Shown: one piece after another, positions 9,292 to 18,240 of the stretch
How the letters are laid out: the number at the start of each line of letters is the position of its first letter
Numbering within the stretch: position 1 is the stretch's first letter
Assembly: GCA_937976375.1 (NCBI GenBank)
Contig: CALJRU010000030.1
Location: forward strand, 94,467-158,466
Reading direction: 5' to 3'
DNA length: 64,000 nucleotides
Source of the DNA: an uncultured Peptococcaceae bacterium
Lineage (GTDB): Bacteria > Bacillota > Peptococcia > Peptococcales > Peptococcaceae
Position numbers and translations under genes: made by a program
Notes under the pieces: generated by a model
Told to the model about the DNA's origin: nothing
The model's database searches: none
What the model saw: only the letters and a program-made list of their open reading frames with translations

Positions 9292-10107
9292 ATGGCTGAC
9301 GCATTAACTGTATCACGCTCTAATAGTAACGGGTCGACCGTTGATATGTCGACCCTTGTTGGATCCGGTATGCAGCACTCTGTATACATTAATGAGGAAT
9401 GCATGCCTATTGCCCCGGCAAAGATTACCATCACGATTGCAAACAAAAACAAAACAGTGGATCTTGCTGCTGGCGGTGTGTATAAAGTGCTAAACATGCC
9501 CGGGCTTACATCCTATGAATTTGAGCTAATCATTCCACATGATAAGGACAGCTTACCATTCGCTGTATATCAAGATGGATTTCAGCCGCCACAGCATTAT
9601 TTTGACCTTTTTGAAAAACTCAAAACAGCTAGCGACCTGAATGACCGCGCATTCCCATTTGTTGTTGTCGATAATTCCAGCGAGCCTACATTGATATCGA
9701 CTATTGTTACATTGGAGGACTACGAGATTACGCAAGATGCCGATGAAGATGTGCTTGATTATAGGATCAACGTCAAGCTGGAAAAATATGAGAGACACGT
9801 AACACAGTCTTTCACATTAGTTGAAAATGGAGACGGCACATGGACGGCTATTGATGATGGCATGCACGACCGACTGCAGGCTGCTGCCGATGCAATGAAC
9901 GCAGCCCAAAACGCTATCAAAATGGCACAGGGCGCCGCAGCACTATCACAAAGCATGAAGACGAAGAAAAGCACAACAGTATCAGAAGCAGCTATTGAAC
10001 TGTCAAAATCTGGTAATGTGTCAGTTGCAGATATAAAGAATATCGCATCTGCGAATGGTATTAGCCCTTGTGACACGTTGCTAGCTGGGACGGTGATCCG
10101 TAAATGA
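9292..10107 (+). CDS. Phage tail protein (XkdP-like distal tail protein, putative)
   Basis: 271 aa between tape measure and the tail hydrolase. The C-terminal ~40 aa is weakly LysM-like. Confidence 0.35.
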   Translation: MADALTVSRSNSNGSTVDMSTLVGSGMQHSVYINEECMPIAPAKITITIANKNKTVDLAAGGVYKVLNMPGLTSYEFELIIPHDKDSLPFAVYQDGFQPPQHYFDLFEKLKTASDLNDRAFPFVVVDNSSEPTLISTIVTLEDYEITQDADEDVLDYRINVKLEKYERHVTQSFTLVENGDGTWTAIDDGMHDRLQAAADAMNAAQNAIKMAQGAAALSQSMKTKKSTTVSEAAIELSKSGNVSVADIKNIASANGISPCDTLLAGTVIRK

Positions 10108-12116
10108 GCGAAAACAAGAATGAAATTGTTACAGGCGACCATACTCGAGCATACATAGAGCTGTACACCGTGGATGGTACAGGAACACCCCAGAAAATGT
10201 TTAAGCCAGTGTTGTTGGACAATATAAGCTGGTACTCAGAGTGGGCGTGCACCCCGTCAAAAATGACATTCACTGTCCTGAAAGACGGTGTAATCAATTT
10301 TGGAATGGGCACAAAAGCAGTCTTAAAAATAAATGATGATGTTGAATGGTCCGGCTATGTTATGCACAAGCACCGCACAAAAGATGTCAAAATCGAATGC
10401 ACGGCTTACGATAACTTGCGATATCTCAAGGTAAAACTGTATCAGAGTTTTGAAAATGTGCAAAGTGCTGCAGATCCTGTGAAAAAGATCCTCGATATGC
10501 TTGAACTGCCCGTCGGAGAGATTGACGAATTGAAGCAGGCTACACAAGGAGACGTTGTTTTTGATGGTAAAGAAGCACTCGAGGTCATAGAAGAATTGAT
10601 CGGAGCTCATGCGGCATTGTCTTTAGAGAATCTGGTATTTTTTGACAAAGCTGGAAAAATCTACCTCAAAAAGCTTGATAATATGCGCGTCACTAATCAA
10701 TTTTTCACCGCAGGCGAAATGGAAGACTGGGACTATACCACGTCTATTGAAGACAGTTATAACTCTATCATGATTGACGTGCTGCAGTCTGATGGGGAGA
10801 CTCACGACCGTTTTGTGACCGTAGAGGATGAGGGCAACATTAACCGCTGGGGGCTATTGCGCTATGTTGCGCAAAGCAATGAAGAAATAGAGGCAATAGA
10901 GTCAAAAGCAAAAGTGTTGCTGGAATTACTCAATAGAGAGGTTCGGACACTGAAGCTAACAAAAGTTGTTGGCAACCCTCAAATCAGAGGCGGGTCAATG
11001 ATCGCTGTAAAACTTAACCTTGGTGATATGCTGCTGTATAGCTGGATGGTGGTCAAGGAAGTTACTCACACCATCGGGCAGGATGGGTACTGGATGGACA
11101 TGACCGTCACCAATGAAAACCTTGGTTTCGCCGATCCGGTATCACCTGATGGTGCATTTACAGTCACTAAACCTACGTCCGACGCATCTAGCGCGACAAG
11201 TGTGGGCGGTACAGGAACATATGAAGAGCGTATGTATAATACGTTGCGTGCTAACGGGTTCAGTGCACAATCGGCTTGCGGTGTTCTGGCCAACGCGTGG
11301 GCAGAATCTGGGGTAGAACCAACAAAACAACAAATCGGCGGAAACGCGTACGGCCTATTCCAGTGGGATGATCGCAAGACTAAGCTCATGAGCTGGTGTC
11401 AGTCTGGAGGATACGACTACACGTCATTTGAAGGCCAGATGGCATATTTCTTCTATGAATTTAACGGCGGAGATTCTACTTGGATTAGTTATGCCAATGC
11501 TAATTGTGCTGGTACTTCTGGCTTTAAGAATCTGATCAGCCTTGAATCTGCAACCACGATATTCTTGCGAGGATTTGAACGCGCTGGCGTTGAGAGATTG
11601 CAGGAACGTATCAACAAAGCTCACGAATACTACGATAAGTGGGGACAATATACAACTATACCTGGTACGAGTGGCAGCGCAAACGGTGATGGGAAATACA
11701 CGGGTCGTATGGGATGGCCTTTTGCTGGTGGTGGCGGTACCATTACACAAAACTTTAGCTGGAACGGCAAAAGTGGGCATTTGGGCATGGACATTTCGAC
11801 TCGCAGTGGTACCGGTGCTGGTTCTCCAGTGCTGGCTGTTGACGGTGGCACAGTCGCAAGTGCCGGTTGGGCTGTAAGTCATAGCTCGTATGGTAACGAG
11901 GTAAATATTAAACACAAAGACGGACTGTATACAAGATATGCGCATCTATCGGCCATAAATGTTAGCGCCGGACAGTCTGTCAGCAAGGGTCAGCAAATTG
12001 GTGTTGAGGGGAATACCGGAAATAGCTATGGTACACATTTACACCTAGAAGTACATGCTGGCATTCCTAACGGCCAGAGATACGACCCCGCGGGATACTT
12101 ACACAGAAATGGGTGA
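10104..12116 (+). CDS. Tail-associated peptidoglycan hydrolase: N-terminal tail/hub domain, lysozyme-like domain, C-terminal M23 peptidase
   Basis: 670 aa. The middle segment (YNTLRANGFSAQSACGVLANAWAESG...YGLFQWDD) resembles phage tail-lysozyme domains. The C-terminus carries the M23 motifs HLGMD...YGNEVNIKH...THLHLEV. Confidence 0.65.
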   Translation: MSENKNEIVTGDHTRAYIELYTVDGTGTPQKMFKPVLLDNISWYSEWACTPSKMTFTVLKDGVINFGMGTKAVLKINDDVEWSGYVMHKHRTKDVKIECTAYDNLRYLKVKLYQSFENVQSAADPVKKILDMLELPVGEIDELKQATQGDVVFDGKEALEVIEELIGAHAALSLENLVFFDKAGKIYLKKLDNMRVTNQFFTAGEMEDWDYTTSIEDSYNSIMIDVLQSDGETHDRFVTVEDEGNINRWGLLRYVAQSNEEIEAIESKAKVLLELLNREVRTLKLTKVVGNPQIRGGSMIAVKLNLGDMLLYSWMVVKEVTHTIGQDGYWMDMTVTNENLGFADPVSPDGAFTVTKPTSDASSATSVGGTGTYEERMYNTLRANGFSAQSACGVLANAWAESGVEPTKQQIGGNAYGLFQWDDRKTKLMSWCQSGGYDYTSFEGQMAYFFYEFNGGDSTWISYANANCAGTSGFKNLISLESATTIFLRGFERAGVERLQERINKAHEYYDKWGQYTTIPGTSGSANGDGKYTGRMGWPFAGGGGTITQNFSWNGKSGHLGMDISTRSGTGAGSPVLAVDGGTVASAGWAVSHSSYGNEVNIKHKDGLYTRYAHLSAINVSAGQSVSKGQQIGVEGNTGNSYGTHLHLEVHAGIPNGQRYDPAGYLHRNG

Positions 12117-12120
12117 TTTC

Positions 12121-12423
12121 ATGAATATCGATCCTAATACCGTTGCGACTTTTGCCCGCCTTATGAAACAAACCGCAAGTAATGGTGTGGATGCATCAGC
12201 ACCCGCCGAAGTCGTGCCTTTAACGCTAACGGGCATTAAACCGATTAAATGGCGAAAAGGTGTCGAGTTGCCGTTACCGTCATCTTGTGTGGTACTCCCT
12301 CGTGGATTGGGATTTGATGCAGCCGATGTGGGTAAAACCTATCTGTTTCTGCAAGCAAGAAAAGGGAAACGGTTTTTCTTTATGTGTGAAAGCGGGGTGC
12401 ATAGTATTGGCGATAACACCTAA
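12121..12423 (+). CDS. Small baseplate-associated protein (XkdR-like, putative)
   Basis: About 100 aa using the ATG at 12121. The ORF-track start at 12055 lies inside the upstream gene. Confidence 0.3.
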   Translation: MNIDPNTVATFARLMKQTASNGVDASAPAEVVPLTLTGIKPIKWRKGVELPLPSSCVVLPRGLGFDAADVGKTYLFLQARKGKRFFFMCESGVHSIGDNT

Positions 12424-12835
12424 GATTGCATCGAATTTTGACACCGGTCTTTTTATTGCCGACGCTGAAAAAGAATCGCAGCCCACTTTGACCTGGGGCT
12501 TTGAGCTTGACGGCAATCGATGCTATGGCAAGAAAGATAAAGTCGATGCAATTATTCAATCTATCTTTTGTATTCTTGGCACAGAAAAAGGTGCCTATAT
12601 TATCTATCCAGCGTCATATGGCCTTCAAATGGATGATCTATACGGTAAACCCGCCCCTTACATGTATGCTGTACTGTGTGATCGTATTAGAGAAGCACTA
12701 TTAATGGATGACCGGATTATGGCGGTCGATGGGTTTTCCTATCAGGCTTCAGGTGACGTCATGACAATTCGGTTTAGCGTCCATATAGGCTATTCTGACG
12801 AGGATATCATTTCGGGGGTGCTATATGTTCGATGA
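12407..12835 (+). CDS. Baseplate protein (XkdS-like, putative)
   Basis: About 142 aa. Start uncertain: TTG at 12407 or GTG at 12386. Precedes the baseplate J gene. Confidence 0.35.
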   Translation: MAITPKIASNFDTGLFIADAEKESQPTLTWGFELDGNRCYGKKDKVDAIIQSIFCILGTEKGAYIIYPASYGLQMDDLYGKPAPYMYAVLCDRIREALLMDDRIMAVDGFSYQASGDVMTIRFSVHIGYSDEDIISGVLYVR

Positions 12836-13928
12836 TATTACACAAAGCTCAATATTGAATGACTTACTCAGCCGTGTGGATGATTCTATGGACAAACGAG
12901 AATCCTCCGTGATCTATGCCGCATGCTCGAGTGTTTCTGTCGATTTTTTGCAGGAACATGTAAATTTAAGTTATGTCGATGATCAGGCGCACGCTGATAC
13001 GGCCGATAGAACGCACTTAGTTATTATCGCCAAAGAGCAAGCAATTGCGCCAAAAACGGCTACCAGCACAATTGTGCGTGGAAAATTTAACATTGCGGTG
13101 CCGCAAGGAACGAGATTTTCAGCACTTAATACGCCATACAACTTCTACACTGTGGAGCCTTGCACACAAAACGAAGATGATGGATTTTTTTATGCTCGAC
13201 TGCAGTGCGAACAGGCTGGTGACTTGCCTGATGAAAGCTACGTGGGGCTCATAACGCCTATCGATGTGTCTGGTAGGGTCACTGAGATAGAAGGACTGGA
13301 AACGGCTGAAATCGACGAAATCATCCAGCGTGGGGAGGATGATGAAGATACTGAAGAATTCCGTGAACGCTATTTTACTGAAACCCAATGGGAGCACTAT
13401 GGGGGTAACATTGCAGACTACGAAAATATGTGTGCCAACATAAGTGGTATTGGCGATGTAAAAGTGATTCCTGTGTGGGCCGGTGGTGGTACCGTAAAAC
13501 TGGTATTGGTGGATTCCAAAAACTTGCCGCCGTCTGAAGAATTTGTTGCAAGTGTAAAAGAAATAATCGACCCTGTTGAATACGAGGGCCTGGGTTACGG
13601 TAAGGCTCCAATCGACCATACAGTGACGGTGGTGGCTGCAGGAAAAACCACAGTTGACGTTGTTATGACACTTACATATGAGGACGGGCAGAACTGGTCG
13701 CTCATCGGTGACGGTATCAAAAAAGCAGTTGAGGCGTATTTTGATGAAACGCGAAAAGAGTGGAAAGAGAGCAACGGTCTAACTGTGCGAATAGCACACA
13801 TTGAAAGCGCTGTGCTTGATGTTCCCGGTGTAGTCGATGTGACCGGCACAACTCTAAACGGTGCCTCAGAAAATGTTGTTGTGGGTCCGTATGACGTACC
13901 TGTTTTAGGGACGGTGAGCGAAGCATGA
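12825..13928 (+). CDS. Baseplate J-like protein (XkdT-like)
   Basis: 367 aa at the expected position in a PBSX-like tail module. Confidence 0.55.
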   Translation: MFDDITQSSILNDLLSRVDDSMDKRESSVIYAACSSVSVDFLQEHVNLSYVDDQAHADTADRTHLVIIAKEQAIAPKTATSTIVRGKFNIAVPQGTRFSALNTPYNFYTVEPCTQNEDDGFFYARLQCEQAGDLPDESYVGLITPIDVSGRVTEIEGLETAEIDEIIQRGEDDEDTEEFRERYFTETQWEHYGGNIADYENMCANISGIGDVKVIPVWAGGGTVKLVLVDSKNLPPSEEFVASVKEIIDPVEYEGLGYGKAPIDHTVTVVAAGKTTVDVVMTLTYEDGQNWSLIGDGIKKAVEAYFDETRKEWKESNGLTVRIAHIESAVLDVPGVVDVTGTTLNGASENVVVGPYDVPVLGTVSEA

Positions 13929-14527
13929 TTGATTTTGAAAATTTACCAATTGATATAGCTGGTCGATGGCCTGAGTTTTTGCAGAATAAAAAAGAATTGC
14001 AAGCTGTAGCATATACGATCGAGGAAGAATTTAAAAAACTTCGAAAAAAGACAGATCGTGTCTATAGAAACCATTATGTTATGACTGCTGACGCAGATGG
14101 GCTGGCTCGTTTCGAGCGACTGCCAAACATCAACCTTAAACCGAGAGAAGACAGCACACTTGAAGATAGGCGTATGGCAATCCTGGCTAAAATGCAAACA
14201 CGACTGCCGTACACTAAGCGTAGATTAAAGAAGCTATTAACAGCACTGCTCGGTGAAGGTATGTTTGATCTTGATATTCGGACATCAGAATACATGGTAT
14301 ATGTAACTGTGGAGCTAAAGCGAAAAAACCAGATTAACGCTATCGCCGATCTGGTGCGCCGTGCAATTCCGGCGAATATGGACTATAAAATCCAGGTGCG
14401 TTATAACCAGTATTATATGCTTACAAAGTTTACGTACGAAGAACTCAAAGGATACACGTATCAACAGCTTAAAGAAGATCCTAGGATTAAAGAAATTTAC
14501 CTTGAAAGAGGTGGCGTATTAATATGA
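13925..14527 (+). CDS. Phage tail protein (XkdU/YmfQ-like)
   Basis: 200 aa after baseplate J; size and order as in PBSX-like elements. Confidence 0.45.
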   Translation: MIDFENLPIDIAGRWPEFLQNKKELQAVAYTIEEEFKKLRKKTDRVYRNHYVMTADADGLARFERLPNINLKPREDSTLEDRRMAILAKMQTRLPYTKRRLKKLLTALLGEGMFDLDIRTSEYMVYVTVELKRKNQINAIADLVRRAIPANMDYKIQVRYNQYYMLTKFTYEELKGYTYQQLKEDPRIKEIYLERGGVLI

Positions 14528-14886
14528 CCGAAACAAAATTATTAGGGCTGCCTATTCTTGCAGCGGATGGTACTGATTTTGTAGACATACCAGAATTGTG
14601 GAATGATGGCACAGACAAGCTTGAGAAGGCTGTCGCTGATATAACCTATCTTATGGATAACTATGGTTATACATGGTCAATGAGCGAAGCGGATAACGGT
14701 GCTCTCACGATCACGGTTACGCTTGGCGAGGATTGTCCGGTATCGGCAAGCATGACGGCGGTTATCGCAGAAGACGAAAACGGCGATACAACGGTTGACG
14801 TGACAACTGTGATCGACGGCGTAACAAGTAAATCAAGCCACACAATCAATGATAATGGTGGCGAAGGAGGCGTAGTAAATGGCTGA
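14524..14886 (+). CDS. Tail fibre-associated small protein (putative)
   Basis: 120 aa, overlaps the downstream fibre gene. Confidence 0.3.
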   Translation: MTETKLLGLPILAADGTDFVDIPELWNDGTDKLEKAVADITYLMDNYGYTWSMSEADNGALTITVTLGEDCPVSASMTAVIAEDENGDTTVDVTTVIDGVTSKSSHTINDNGGEGGVVNG

Positions 14887-15766
14887 TCCAATTACCTGGG
14901 GATTGATTAACCTTGTCAAAAAAGGTGTTAAGGGCGTGCAGACAACGCTGGATGGTTTACCGAATTCATTTGAATCCAATTTTTTAGAAATAAAAAATGC
15001 AATTTCTGATATTAATGGGGAAATAGATGATTTATCGTCTATTTTAAAAAATGTACAATATATCGTTTCCGATACAAATGCAGTTGTTGGTGATATTTAT
15101 TTAGGAAATCAATATAGCGAATGGATTAAAGATTTAGCGGAATCTGGTACAAATTCTTCTACCTATAAAGATTCTTCTAAGATGGACAAACTCATTGTTT
15201 ATGAACCAGCTATATTGAATACACAAATAGACGATTTTTTATTCAAGTATATTATTGATAATTCAAAGCCTGTTGGAAGTTTCTTTAAAACAAAATTAAA
15301 AGATTCAAGCGGAGATGTAGAATGGGATTCTTTAACCACAGTTGATGCTATTTGTAAAAACGCAACTGCATACGAAAAATTAGTTAATGATTCGCCATCT
15401 TATTCTGTTTTGATTGAGGGCGGTCAATTTTGCACAATTTATAAAAATTATACCGTTACGGAATCTCTTACTCTTAATTCTTCTATAGCAAAAACTATAC
15501 TTAATGCAAATTCTACTGGTAAAAAGTATCAGGGTTCAGAAGATTATTGTTATTATACTGGTTACATTCACGGTTTGTATTTTGTGAATAATTTTAGTAG
15601 CCGTAAGACGATATATGTAAAAAGCCCTTCTAATAGTGAAATTCCAATAGAAGTACCTTTTTATAACCCAAATAAAATTCATCCAATAACAAAGTTTTCA
15701 TCTTATATAAGATCTAATGCGTTGAAGGATTATGATATTTATATTAAAGGGATATTCTGTGAATAA
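14879..15766 (+). CDS. Tail fibre / receptor-binding protein (putative); strongly AT-rich body
   Basis: 295 aa. GC drops to roughly 30% between about 14950 and 15760, against ~50% around it. It is the last tail gene before the lysis cassette. Confidence 0.45.
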   Translation: MADPITWGLINLVKKGVKGVQTTLDGLPNSFESNFLEIKNAISDINGEIDDLSSILKNVQYIVSDTNAVVGDIYLGNQYSEWIKDLAESGTNSSTYKDSSKMDKLIVYEPAILNTQIDDFLFKYIIDNSKPVGSFFKTKLKDSSGDVEWDSLTTVDAICKNATAYEKLVNDSPSYSVLIEGGQFCTIYKNYTVTESLTLNSSIAKTILNANSTGKKYQGSEDYCYYTGYIHGLYFVNNFSSRKTIYVKSPSNSEIPIEVPFYNPNKIHPITKFSSYIRSNALKDYDIYIKGIFCE

Positions 15767-15786
15767 CATGACGGAGACGATGAATA

Positions 15787-16002
15787 ATGAAACTACATGA
15801 AAAACTTGATAAAACACTTGAAGATCAACAATTAATGAAAGCTCAGATTGAATCCATGCAAACCCAAGTAAACGCCATGCAGAAACAGAGCACAACGACA
15901 GGTGAACAGGTCGCTGAGATGTACGCCGTTCAGGCAGGCGATGTGGTCGTTAAATCTGAGCTAGATGCAGCATATCGTGAGGGGGTCAACAGTTATGAGT
16001 AA
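15787..16002 (+). CDS. Small phage protein (XkdX-like, putative)
   Basis: 71 aa, charged and helical. Confidence 0.3.
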   Translation: MKLHEKLDKTLEDQQLMKAQIESMQTQVNAMQKQSTTTGEQVAEMYAVQAGDVVVKSELDAAYREGVNSYE

Positions 16003-16498
16003 CACGATCTATACCGACGCTATGCGCGCCAAAGGGGCCGCCGATGCAGCGGATTTCCAGCAGAGATCCACCGAGATGGATGGGACGGCAATGTACGCGG
16101 AAGAGGAAAAGATTCCGGATTTCGCAGAAGCTGTCAAGGTTAAAAATATGCTGGAAAGACCATGGGGGCAGGATAACGGCTTTATTTGTCGTTCTAATGT
16201 TGGACATGTTGTGCGACTGATCCAACCATATGATAGTGACATTTATACTCAGGAACCAGAAGATGCGGCATTGGCAGCCCATTGGCGTTTTGTGTATTCG
16301 ACTGATCCACTCAAGGCTAAGCCTTTTCTGGACAGTGAGACGAACATGTCCGAAAGCTATTATCGCATGGATGAATGTTGCACTTGGGAGGGACATGTGT
16401 GGAGATCGAATTTGGCTACAAATGTGTACTCGCCGACGGCATATCCAGCAGGATGGACAGACCTTGGTACAATCGAGGACGTCATGGGGGCAGAATAG
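15995..16498 (+). CDS. Hypothetical phage protein
   Basis: 168 aa from the ATG at 15995 (RBS GAGGGGG). Lies between the tail and lysis modules. Confidence 0.35.
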   Translation: MSNTIYTDAMRAKGAADAADFQQRSTEMDGTAMYAEEEKIPDFAEAVKVKNMLERPWGQDNGFICRSNVGHVVRLIQPYDSDIYTQEPEDAALAAHWRFVYSTDPLKAKPFLDSETNMSESYYRMDECCTWEGHVWRSNLATNVYSPTAYPAGWTDLGTIEDVMGAE

Positions 16499-16508
16499 GA
16501 GGTGTTGC

Positions 16509-16820
16509 ATGACGCAACAGCTGCTTATTAGTAGCATTATCAGCTACTTTGTGCCTCTTGTTTTAGGTGGTGTCATCGGTGTATTGGCGCATAGGCTGGG
16601 AAATAACAAGCGACAAGATGCGATGCTGCTGGCGTTAGGGCGTTATCGGCTACTGGCAGAGTGTGAGAGCATTCTTGCACAAGGTTACATCACTCCGAGC
16701 CAGTACGAAATGATAACGGATCTTTACGAAGCATATGCTGGTCTTGGGGGAAATGGTGTTGGTAAGGCTTTGTATACCCGAACTACGAAATTAAAAATTA
16801 TGGAAATGGAGAGTGAATGA
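16509..16820 (+). CDS. Small membrane protein, possible holin-like or XhlA-like lysis accessory
   Basis: 104 aa with one N-terminal TM (SSIISYFVPLVLGGVIGVLA). Directly upstream of the holin. The ORF-track frame 16230..16820 has a spurious N-terminal extension. Confidence 0.35.
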   Translation: MTQQLLISSIISYFVPLVLGGVIGVLAHRLGNNKRQDAMLLALGRYRLLAECESILAQGYITPSQYEMITDLYEAYAGLGGNGVGKALYTRTTKLKIMEMESE

Positions 16821-17089
16821 AGATGAAAATTAATGTTCCGGTACGATTTAAGAACCCTTGGTTTTGGGTTGGCGTTGTATCCATTGCGCTGACAGCGATT
16901 GGGCTTGACCCATCCACACTGACTTCGTGGGAAGCGGTGAAGGACAGCGTCATGGCTGTTTTGTCCAACCCGTTCCAACTTGGGACGATGGCATTAGCTG
17001 TTTTGGCAGTATTTGTAGATCCAACGACTGCTGGCTTTGGCGACTCACAGCAGGCGATGACATATACAGTACCTAGAAAGGGGGAGTAA
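16817..17089 (+). CDS. Holin (phi LC3 / LL-H-like family)
   Basis: 90 aa. N-terminus MKMKINVPVRFKNPWFWVGVVSIALTAIG matches the MKINWKVRLKNK...W-type holin signature. Two TMs. Immediately precedes the endolysin. Confidence 0.6.
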   Translation: MKMKINVPVRFKNPWFWVGVVSIALTAIGLDPSTLTSWEAVKDSVMAVLSNPFQLGTMALAVLAVFVDPTTAGFGDSQQAMTYTVPRKGE

Positions 17090-17091
17090 GA

Positions 17092-17784
17092 TTGAGTTAC
17101 GAATATATCACAGACTATGATGCCGTATCCTATATGCCTGGCCGCATGTATCATGATATCAACTATAACGTAGACAAAATCGTGATCCACCACTGGGGAG
17201 CAGATGGCCAGACTTTTGATGATGTCGTTGCATGGTTTTGCAATCCTAGCTGCACCACTTCGGCTCATTATGTCGCGGAAGCTGGCAAGGTCGCTTGCTT
17301 GGTAAATCTTGGCGATACTGCTTATCATGCAGGGGACTGGGGTGCAAACCTTACAAGTATCGGTATTGAGTGTAGGCCAGAAATGAGTGCCGCAGACTTA
17401 GAGACAGTATGCGAGCTGGTGGCATACATTTTTAGCGTCTATGGACCACTGCCGATCTACGGACATAAAGATTTTAGTGCTACAAGATGCCCGTATAGGT
17501 ACTACACGCAATTAGATCACATCTATAACAGAGCCATGGAAATATACAACGGTAATGAACAGGGGGATACTGATATGACGAAAGAAGAAGTACAGGCAAT
17601 TGTTAAAGAAATGCAGAAAACCTATGATACACTGGCAGAATGCCCGACATTTGCGCAACCAACTGTGCAGAAATTGATTAATAAAGGGCTATTAGTTGGT
17701 GGAGAAGGTGGCAAGTTAGATTTGACGTATGATTTGTGTAGAATGCTGGTAGTGAATGACCGTGCTGGCATTTACGGAGAATAA
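17092..17784 (+). CDS. Endolysin, N-acetylmuramoyl-L-alanine amidase (Amidase_2/PGRP fold)
   Basis: 230 aa. IVIHHWGADGQT...AHYVAEAGKV...AYHAGDW...IGIECRPE...GHKDFSATRCP are Amidase_2 zinc-site motifs. Confidence 0.8.
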   Translation: MSYEYITDYDAVSYMPGRMYHDINYNVDKIVIHHWGADGQTFDDVVAWFCNPSCTTSAHYVAEAGKVACLVNLGDTAYHAGDWGANLTSIGIECRPEMSAADLETVCELVAYIFSVYGPLPIYGHKDFSATRCPYRYYTQLDHIYNRAMEIYNGNEQGDTDMTKEEVQAIVKEMQKTYDTLAECPTFAQPTVQKLINKGLLVGGEGGKLDLTYDLCRMLVVNDRAGIYGE

Positions 17785-17803
17785 CCGTACATAACAAAAG
17801 AAA

Positions 17804-17846
17804 GCCGTGCATTTGACTGTGTAGTCAAGTGCACGGCTTATTTTTA
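17804..17846 (+). terminator. Rho-independent terminator after the endolysin
   Basis: Hairpin GCCGTGCATTTGACT...AGTCAAGTGCACGGC followed by TTATTTTTAT. Confidence 0.7.
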
Positions 17847-17925
17847 TCTACTTGCAAAAAATGGTGGGGCGGTGACGTGGTGGGAAAACGGTGGAAAATT
17901 GTAGTATTTTTATGATGTTTTTTAA

Positions 17926-17971
17926 TAAAGCAAAAACCGCAAAACAGCTTTATTGAGCCATTTTGCGGTTT
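17926..17971 (-). terminator. Terminator downstream of tRNA-Ser (minus strand)
   Basis: Hairpin AAACCGCAAAA...TTTTGCGGTTT with T-run on the minus strand. Confidence 0.55.
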
Positions 17972-17986
17972 CTTGCGTTTTATAAA

Positions 17987-18074
17987 CGGAGAGAAGGGGA
18001 TTCGAACCCCTGATACGGTTCCCCGTATACACGATTTCCAGTCGTGCTCCTTCAGCCAAACTCGGACATCTCTC
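17987..18074 (-). tRNA. tRNA-Ser (anticodon GGA), long variable arm
   Basis: The reverse complement folds as GGAGAGA acceptor, anticodon loop CUGGAAA, long extra arm, T arm GGGGTTCGAATCCCC, 3' TCTCTCC-G. 88 nt. Confidence 0.8.
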
Positions 18075-18240
18075 CTCACTCAGCGAATATAATTTTATCA
18101 AAAGGAGGGGGGATTTGTCAATCCTTAATTCGATTTCTTTTCAATTTTTTTGCGATTTTTTTACGTTGCGAAGGTGTTGCGGTGCTGTTGCGTGTATTTG
18201 CTGTGCAATTCTGTTATAGTTGAAGCCAAGGAGGTGAGGC

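Noticed and set aside
16230-16508. Long N-terminal part of the ORF 16230..16820
   Set aside because: It overlaps the upstream phage gene in another frame. The plausible gene begins at the ATG at 16509 just after that gene's stop.
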